From IMG/VR virus record IMGVR_UViG_3300043449_002710, positions 124,001 through 188,000 of that record: 64,000 nt of DNA. One strand, written 5' to 3'. The notes beneath the pieces are model-generated. The model did not search any database. It was given only the letters and a program-made list of their open reading frames with translations, and had not been told where the DNA came from. Within the stretch, counting starts at the first letter, position 1; each line of letters starts with the position of its first letter. Made by a program: the position numbers and the translations under genes. Below are positions 57,554 through 64,000 of this stretch, piece by piece.

Positions 57554-58120
57554 TCACTTCTTAGGCCGCTTAGCTTTAAAGAAAGCTCTCCCTAAGCAAA
57601 TGGCATCTGCAATGTCGTTGTCTTTGATTTTTAACTCCAGGCCATACATGGCGTTAGCAGCCCTGACGGACAGGTGCTTTTTAGTAACCCTGCCACGCTT
57701 TTTACCGGCTGAGACTTGGCGGTTATTTTTCAGATCCTCTTTGCTCATCCGAAGCTCTAAGAGCTTTCTCCACTCGCTCGGATCGAGGTAATGAACCTTG
57801 ACCCCCACAGCCCTAAAGTTCTCCAAAACCGCTTTATGGGTAAATTCTAGGATACGCTGGGTATGCCTGTTTTTTCCACGTACTGTATTCTCAGCCACTA
57901 CTTGATCGGGCTTGTACTTACCCCAAAGTTCCATCACCTTGTGAGCCATCTTGTTTGAGGCATCTAGGATGTTGTAAGGGTACTCGGGCATCTTCTCAGG
58001 GTAGCCGTTGACGTTGAAGTTGGGGACCGAGATTTCGATCACCCCAAAATCTCCTAGGTTATCATCCTTGATAACTGCCCACCCTGTCGATGTACTTAAA
58101 TCGAGCGCTAGAATTTTCAC
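57554..58120 (-). CDS. RuvC-like Holliday junction resolvase
   Basis: ILALDLSTSTGWA, VVAE, PSEWRK, DIADAICLG. Confidence 0.85.
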   Translation of the reverse strand: MKILALDLSTSTGWAVIKDDNLGDFGVIEISVPNFNVNGYPEKMPEYPYNILDASNKMAHKVMELWGKYKPDQVVAENTVRGKNRHTQRILEFTHKAVLENFRAVGVKVHYLDPSEWRKLLELRMSKEDLKNNRQVSAGKKRGRVTKKHLSVRAANAMYGLELKIKDNDIADAICLGRAFFKAKRPKK

Positions 58121-58132
58121 ACTGATGTTTTA

Positions 58133-58543
58133 CTAATCCACTTTGGATTTCAAAGCGCCCGACTCCATGTGCTTTCTGAGAGTCTTCATCATGAGCTTGC
58201 ACTTCTTGCCGCGATCCTTGATCTCTTGCCGCCAGGATTTCACGTAGTAAGCGAGATCCTCTTTGGCTTGAAGATGATCTTGAGTCATGTGGTTGAGCTT
58301 CACTTCTTCAAGCTTTCTTTTAGCCTCAATCACATCGGGTTCTTGCTCAAGCTTTTCCTTGTGCGCTTTCAGTTCTTCTTCGAGGTCGAGCTTCTTGGCG
58401 TCATTCTTGAGCATCTCTTTGGACCGCTCAAGCATCAGTTGCTCACGAGCAGCTTCAATCGCCAAATCCTCAGGCTTCATGGCGTTGATCGCGTCCACGA
58501 CTTCCTGAGGAAGGTCACCCTTCTTCTTAGGTTTCTTAGCCAT
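58133..58543 (-). CDS. Coiled-coil hypothetical protein
   Basis: SD AGGGGG, charged helical composition. Confidence 0.6.
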   Translation of the reverse strand: MAKKPKKKGDLPQEVVDAINAMKPEDLAIEAAREQLMLERSKEMLKNDAKKLDLEEELKAHKEKLEQEPDVIEAKRKLEEVKLNHMTQDHLQAKEDLAYYVKSWRQEIKDRGKKCKLMMKTLRKHMESGALKSKVD

Positions 58544-58624
58544 GCTTCCCCCTAGGCTCTCTCAAATTGATTTTGAAATCACGCTAGGGGATTTCGGATC
58601 GTCTGTCAAATCAAAGAACCCGAC

Positions 58625-59125
58625 TCACCGCTTCTTAAGCTTGGCCTTTTTCATGGTCGGGTATTCCATCTCCGCTTTAGCGCGAGCTTTTTTAGCTAAA
58701 GTTTCTTTTTCCTTTTTAGTCAACCGCTTCACTTTGGCTTTAGAAGCTTTTGCTCTTTTTCCCTTTTTGACTTTGGCTTCGATGACTTCCGAAACAGAAG
58801 CAAAGATCGAGGCAAGTCCTGGGTAGCGATTGGAATCCACTTGAACCTTGGTCACCATTTCTTTGACTGCACCACTTTTCTTCACAAGATTCTCCAGTAC
58901 GGGTTCAATCGCTTCCAAGGCTTCGTCTGCCCACTTGCGGTCGAGATCCTTGGTGGTTTCTTCAAGCTGATCGTAAGGAACAAAAGATTGCTCCCAACGA
59001 GCGCTGCGCTCGGCACTAACTTCGGCTTTGACAGCCTTTGCCCAGTGAACCCACGCCTCGTGAAAAACTTCAGCCAAGGATTCTTTGATCTGATCTTTTG
59101 TTTCTTTGTCCATTTTAAACCTCAA
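58625..59125 (-). CDS. RyR-like domain protein with YP tag and basic tail
   Basis: LAEVFHEAWVHW..FVPYDQLEETTKDLDR; YPGLASIFAS. Confidence 0.65.
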   Translation of the reverse strand: MRFKMDKETKDQIKESLAEVFHEAWVHWAKAVKAEVSAERSARWEQSFVPYDQLEETTKDLDRKWADEALEAIEPVLENLVKKSGAVKEMVTKVQVDSNRYPGLASIFASVSEVIEAKVKKGKRAKASKAKVKRLTKKEKETLAKKARAKAEMEYPTMKKAKLKKR

Positions 59126-62100
59126 ACATCTTCGTAGGTGCCGTCTTCGAAAAGAATGCCCACATGATAGCCTTTGTCGATGTGCTCTTCGGCGAGATCC
59201 ATGGCTTCTTCGTAGGTTTTAACTTTGACTTCTTTTTTTCCTTCACCTTTTTTATCAAGGATGACAGTCAGTTCTTCATCTTTCGCGGAAGCTTCTGCCT
59301 GATTGTCATATTTCTCGATGATCGACCCGATGTCAGTATACAAGAATTTATTCTTTTCTCGGTCATATACAACGGTCAAGTTGTAGGTATCGCCCGAGTT
59401 AATATACTGAAATCTTGGACGGGTCGGATTGCTTTCATTCGGGTCGTAGGCTTCCACACCGTGGTATCCCACTAAATCAGAAACGTGCTCCAAGATATTT
59501 TCGACATAGCTAGCTGGGTTATAAGTATTGTGCTTTTTGTCGTAATATCTTTCGCCGTTCTCATAGGCTTTTTTAGCTTCAGCCATGGCCGCTTTCAATT
59601 CTTCCAAGGTGGTTGAGGCTTGCGTTTTATAATAAGAAGACTCCACAACAGATATCTGAATATCCCCAATAATCTTCTTAATGGTTTCAATCGCCAAATT
59701 CGGATCGACCTTACCTGGAATCTTAAGAATGCTATCGTCGTCAAAGGAGATGCCAGAGACGCCTAAAGCTTTCTCGATTTTTTTGATCTGATCCAAAGAG
59801 ACTTTGTCAAAACCAATTTTGAGTGCAAAAGCGGTTTCTGAAGCAGAGGCTTGCGTTTTATAAGAAGACTCCGCAGTGAATCCGTCAAACCAATCACCGA
59901 ACTCTTCGGTGTGTTTGACATTCTCAGGTTTTTCACAAGTCTTAGAGCTAGTCTCGTCGTCGTTGCACCACTCTTTCGCTTCTTCCAAAGACAGCCCTTT
60001 TTTCATGACTTTTTGAGGGTGGCCTTCTTTATAAAAGCGAACGATCTTGTAGGTTTTTTCTTCTTCTTCTTCTTCCTCGTCTTCATCTGAGGAGGCTTCA
60101 ATTTTCTCGCTAGAAAGGTATTCCACCAAGTCGTCAGCCACAACCGATCCATCGGCTTCGATCACGACCGGAACACCGGCTTCTGGATCTTCACCCATGG
60201 ACTCAGCCCAGAAGATATAGACTTCATCGGGTTTAGCGGCATACTCGACCCCACGCTGAACTTCCATCAGGTCTGGGAGATCGCCCACTTTGGGTTCTTC
60301 GATGATGGTTTCATTTCCGGCCTTATCGACCAGGATGAGCTGGCAGCCTTCCATCACCTCGTCATCACCAAGCTGAAAGTAGTCTCCACGATTAGAGGAA
60401 ACTTCATCTCCGTTCTCATCGATGAGAACAGCGCTCTTATACTTCACAGCGGGGTTTTCTTTAACTGGGCCTGAGAAGAAAAAATCTTTCACCCAGAGGC
60501 GATCAATCTTGTCGCTGTCTTTGAACACGTCGATGTAAGTGCCTTGATACTTATCGAATTCGCGGTGTTCGCATTCAAAGCCATGCTTCTCAAGTTCTTT
60601 ACAGATCTTGTCAAAAGTCTCGTGATCGTAATCCTGATCGGCTTCGCCAGTGGCTTCAATCCGAACAGCGGCTTGCACCGAAGATTTGCTGGTCAATTCC
60701 ATAGTGTTGCCTTTGTCGTCCTCAATGTGTTTTCCGAACGGGCTAGAGTCTTTGACCCATTTCCAGTTGCCGGTCCCAAAAAACTTGTTTGCTTTGATTT
60801 CGGCAGCTTTAGTTGGATCGCCAGAGATCAAAACCTCCCAAGGCTTTCCGATCTTAGCGGAGTCTTCGTCATAGATATGGATGCGGTCGAATTCTTTGGC
60901 AAGATTCGGGAAAGGATCGGACTCCGCCGACTTGACGGCTTTTTTGGCGGCAGATTCCATTTTGTAAGGGCTCACATTGCCGTGATCACTCACGTACCAA
61001 ACGTTAGGCCAAAAGTTATGCTTTTGCATCCAAGCCTTGGCAGCGGCTTCTGCTTCCTCTGCCGTATTGAACTCGCCAAGGAATTCCCCATTTTTAATAG
61101 AGACAGAAATCTTTGATCCTAGTGGGCCTGAGTCAGAAAAAATAATGTCCTGGTCGTCAGGTTGATCATCTTGAAATTCTTCTTCTTCGGATTCTTCTTC
61201 TTCGGATTCTTCCGTAGCCGAAAGAACACCGTGTTCATAAACGTCTTCAGCAAATTGATCGAAATCCATCCGATCTTCGATTGAATAGTCTTGATCGAGT
61301 TTGTACTGCTGGTACATGGATTCAAGCTCTGTGAGGTTTTCTTTTAACCAAGCTTCAAAATCGGTTAGTTCTTCCACGAGTTCTCCGCCTTCCCAGTCTT
61401 CTTCAGCACCACTTTTAACTTTGTTTTCAGTCTTGGCTGTCCACATATCTTGGTTCTCGCTGTCTTCTGGCTTGGTGGTGATGATCAGAGAGTTCCCATC
61501 CACGTCACTCCACTCTGGAATAAGAGTGGGGTAGGTTTTCTTGGTTTTGAATCTCCAGAAAAAATCCGTAAGGTTATCCGCAAACTTTTCTACTCTATGC
61601 GGGTCAGCCAAGATGTCTCCGAGTTCCAAAGCCATCTTACCTTCGCCAAGCTCTTTCAAAGAGTATTCACCGTGGAGTTCTTTATCCAAAAAGATTTCCA
61701 ACGTGGTTTTGAACTTCTTCAAATCCGAATCCGAATCGTCTTCGGCTCCACCCACAGCTTGATTTCCATTTTTAGGCAGCCTAACCATTCGGCTGTGTCC
61801 GGTGAAACCAAATTTCTTATAAAATGTTCTTAATTTTGAAATCGGCATTTTGTTTTTCTCTTTAGGTACGGGCTGTAAATCAAGAATCACGCCATACTTA
61901 TCCGCTAAATCTACAATAAACTGCATTGCTCTTGTGCCTTGGCCTTGTCTTGGTTCTAAGGCTTGAATCCACTTCAGAGCAACTGAGCGTTCCCCTTTGG
62001 GTCCACCCAGCCAAGGTCTCAACTCGATCACCGCTTCATTGTTAAAAATTCTAATTTTATTTTCAAATGGGTGTGGCTGGGTTTTTCCCCAGACATCCTT

Positions 62101-62784
62101 CATAAATTTATCAATATTATCCGACTTCAAATCGGCTGGGCTAGCCTCTTGATCTGTTCGCAAGCGGAGTTTAAGTTTTTGAGTTTCGGAAGAGGTCAGC
62201 ATCTTTACACTCTTTCCAAACTTGTCTTTAAGATGAGATGCGACTAGCCCCAAAAGATTCTTATTAAAAGGGGCATCCCTGTCATCGGATGCGAATTTCT
62301 TAATGCCCATTTTAGCAAGCTTGGTCCAGTCCAAAAGGGCTTTAGCTTCAGGGGCCGCTTCCTTCTTGTGCTTCTCGGCCAAGGCTTTGGCCATCTCAGA
62401 GATCTCTTCGTCTCGGGCGATTTGGTTCACTAGATCCCTGACCTGATCCCGATAGCCGCCTGGAAGCTTCTCTGGCATCGAAGTGTTGAAAAACTCTTCT
62501 GGCTTCTGCTCGATCTTCCAACCCGAGGAACTGGCAATTTGTTCCAAGTATTTGGTGTGCTTCGAGGTGGTTCGAGAATACTTCTTCTCGTTGACGTAGA
62601 GAAGATCGCTTGGCGCATCGCGTTTAGCGATAATGGTGCGATAGCTGTAAAGGGTGTCGCCCTTGGCCCAGATGATATCTCCGTCTTTGCCTACGCTTTC
62701 GCCGGTAGATAACCAAGAACGAATCAAGCCTTCTTCTTTGGCCCCAGCCATAGCCTTCTCAGCCACAATCTTTTGTCTTGCCAT
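59122..62784 (-). CDS. Large acidic modular polyprotein-like protein including a GNAT domain
   Basis: RQGQGTRAMQFIVDLADKYGV...LRTFYKKFGF; domains separated by hydrophobic-x-A/S/G acidic linkers. Confidence 0.7.
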   Translation of the reverse strand: MARQKIVAEKAMAGAKEEGLIRSWLSTGESVGKDGDIIWAKGDTLYSYRTIIAKRDAPSDLLYVNEKKYSRTTSKHTKYLEQIASSSGWKIEQKPEEFFNTSMPEKLPGGYRDQVRDLVNQIARDEEISEMAKALAEKHKKEAAPEAKALLDWTKLAKMGIKKFASDDRDAPFNKNLLGLVASHLKDKFGKSVKMLTSSETQKLKLRLRTDQEASPADLKSDNIDKFMKDVWGKTQPHPFENKIRIFNNEAVIELRPWLGGPKGERSVALKWIQALEPRQGQGTRAMQFIVDLADKYGVILDLQPVPKEKNKMPISKLRTFYKKFGFTGHSRMVRLPKNGNQAVGGAEDDSDSDLKKFKTTLEIFLDKELHGEYSLKELGEGKMALELGDILADPHRVEKFADNLTDFFWRFKTKKTYPTLIPEWSDVDGNSLIITTKPEDSENQDMWTAKTENKVKSGAEEDWEGGELVEELTDFEAWLKENLTELESMYQQYKLDQDYSIEDRMDFDQFAEDVYEHGVLSATEESEEEESEEEEFQDDQPDDQDIIFSDSGPLGSKISVSIKNGEFLGEFNTAEEAEAAAKAWMQKHNFWPNVWYVSDHGNVSPYKMESAAKKAVKSAESDPFPNLAKEFDRIHIYDEDSAKIGKPWEVLISGDPTKAAEIKANKFFGTGNWKWVKDSSPFGKHIEDDKGNTMELTSKSSVQAAVRIEATGEADQDYDHETFDKICKELEKHGFECEHREFDKYQGTYIDVFKDSDKIDRLWVKDFFFSGPVKENPAVKYKSAVLIDENGDEVSSNRGDYFQLGDDEVMEGCQLILVDKAGNETIIEEPKVGDLPDLMEVQRGVEYAAKPDEVYIFWAESMGEDPEAGVPVVIEADGSVVADDLVEYLSSEKIEASSDEDEEEEEEEKTYKIVRFYKEGHPQKVMKKGLSLEEAKEWCNDDETSSKTCEKPENVKHTEEFGDWFDGFTAESSYKTQASASETAFALKIGFDKVSLDQIKKIEKALGVSGISFDDDSILKIPGKVDPNLAIETIKKIIGDIQISVVESSYYKTQASTTLEELKAAMAEAKKAYENGERYYDKKHNTYNPASYVENILEHVSDLVGYHGVEAYDPNESNPTRPRFQYINSGDTYNLTVVYDREKNKFLYTDIGSIIEKYDNQAEASAKDEELTVILDKKGEGKKEVKVKTYEEAMDLAEEHIDKGYHVGILFEDGTYEDV

Positions 62785-62921
62785 TCGAGTATTCCCTAAG
62801 TCGTTTGAATTGCTACTAAGAAAATAACTCGGCTTTACTCGTCTTTGACCTGAACCCCCCAGGCAACCCCACCCCTAAAAACGAACTCAGAATTAGTAAA
62901 ATCAACCCCAAGGGGAAGCGC

Positions 62922-63767
62922 ATGAGATCGGGGTTAGAAAATAAAAAGCATATCGTTTGCTATTCTGGTGGGCACTCTTCGGCTCTAGTCGCGGTGGAAG
63001 TCGTTCGCAAGTACGGCAAAGAAAACGTGATCCTGCTCAATCACGATATCCACGCATCCGTCGAGAGCGAAGACATCAAGAGATTCAAGAAAGAAGTAGC
63101 CGATTACCTCGAACTTGAAATCACCTACGCCAATCACCCCGATTGGGACAGTAAAGATCAGTTTGACGTTGTTCGCGAGGCCAATGCTTTCAAGGTCGGA
63201 AACGGCACCGCCCTTTGTACCAACCGCCTCAAGACCGCCCCTTTTGACAAGTACCTGAAAGAGAACTTCCCAGTCGAAACGGATGGCGAAAGCCCTTGTG
63301 TGATCTATTACGGGTTTGACGCCAATGAGCCAGCGCGTATTTTGAGGCGAAGCTCGATCCTAGGAACCAAGGGCTATTTGACAGCCTTCCCCTTGGCCCA
63401 TTGGCCAAGGACGATTCAGTCCACAAAAGAGATCGGAATTGAGCCACCCAACACTTACAATCAATTCAAACACGCCAATTGTATTGGTTGCCTGAAAGCT
63501 GGCCGCCAGCACTGGTACATCGTCTACTGCACAAGGCCCGATCTCTGGGAGAAAGCCAAAAGCACCGAGGACGCGATCGGATACTCGATCATCAAAGACA
63601 TTTACTTAGACGAACTCGAACCCAAGTTTGAGCTGATGAAAAAAGTAGGGGTGGTTCCGACCGAGCATCTTCACCACAAGACTTTCTGGAAACAGGTCGC
63701 CGACCAACTCAAGCAAAGTATGAGCGAAGAAGAGAAGTCCGAGAAACCTTGCGAGTGCGTGTTCTAA
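62922..63767 (+). CDS. PAPS-reductase-like (PP-loop) protein
   Basis: YSGGHSSA, CTNRLK, GFDANE..R, HANCIGC.K, C-terminal CEC. Confidence 0.85.
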   Translation: MRSGLENKKHIVCYSGGHSSALVAVEVVRKYGKENVILLNHDIHASVESEDIKRFKKEVADYLELEITYANHPDWDSKDQFDVVREANAFKVGNGTALCTNRLKTAPFDKYLKENFPVETDGESPCVIYYGFDANEPARILRRSSILGTKGYLTAFPLAHWPRTIQSTKEIGIEPPNTYNQFKHANCIGCLKAGRQHWYIVYCTRPDLWEKAKSTEDAIGYSIIKDIYLDELEPKFELMKKVGVVPTEHLHHKTFWKQVADQLKQSMSEEEKSEKPCECVF

Positions 63768-64000
63768 TGAAAAAAATATTCGTGAGCTTCTCAGGCGGCA
63801 GGTCTTCTGCCTTGATGTGCAAAATCGTTTTGGAAAAATACCCGGACTCCGAAAAAGTCTTCGTGTTTGCCAATACCGGAGAGGAGCACCCCAAGACCTT
63901 GGACTTTGTTCACCAAGTCGATCAGCACTTGGGTTTGAACTTGGTTTGGGTCGAGGCTCAAGTCGAAAGAGCGGGTAAGGGATGCACCCACAGGATCGTC
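63767..64000 (+). CDS. Second PAPS-reductase-like protein (partial)
   Basis: Manual translation MKKIFVSFSGGRSSALM...FANTGEEHPKTLDFV. Confidence 0.85.
   Translation, partial: MKKIFVSFSGGRSSALMCKIVLEKYPDSEKVFVFANTGEEHPKTLDFVHQVDQHLGLNLVWVEAQVERAGKGCTHRIV

Noticed and set aside
1-64000. Bacterial chromosome origin suggested by rml genes, response regulator and sigma factor
   Set aside because: These genes are interspersed with terminase, portal, capsid and tail genes and no housekeeping operons appear; host and phage taxon cannot be assigned from sequence alone.

Overview
64 kb segment of a large tailed dsDNA (jumbo-type) bacteriophage genome, standard genetic code, genes on both strands. Morphogenesis genes: major capsid protein, scaffold-like protein, portal, intein-interrupted large terminase, tail-assembly chaperone with a -1 frameshift site, tape-measure-like protein, and collagen-like/coiled-coil fibre proteins. 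Other genes: an RpoD-like sigma factor with degenerate region 4, primase, RuvC-like resolvase, MoxR AAA+/VWA module, rmlA/rmlB, two GT2-TPR glycosyltransferases, a Mom-GIY-YIG fusion, an HTH-PIN fusion, two nucleotidyltransferases, two PAPS-reductase-like genes and tRNA-Leu(TAA). Main signals read from the sequence: (1) a portable ~10-aa peptide, [YF]-P-x-[LVI]-x-x-[IV]-[LIFV], at the N-terminus, C-terminus or a domain junction of nine mostly unrelated proteins, with a variant in the scaffold. It is a candidate capsid-cargo addressing tag, possibly coupled to a hydrophobic-x-A/S/G protease-cleavage code. (2) A GTTATTTTT-type element before about 18 mostly structural or tag-bearing genes, a candidate late promoter for the phage sigma. 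(3) A BclA-like fibre glycosylation kit. (4) An intein starting with Thr. (5) A C-CCT-TTG slippery site followed by a long hairpin. All functional calls rest on motif recognition without database searches.
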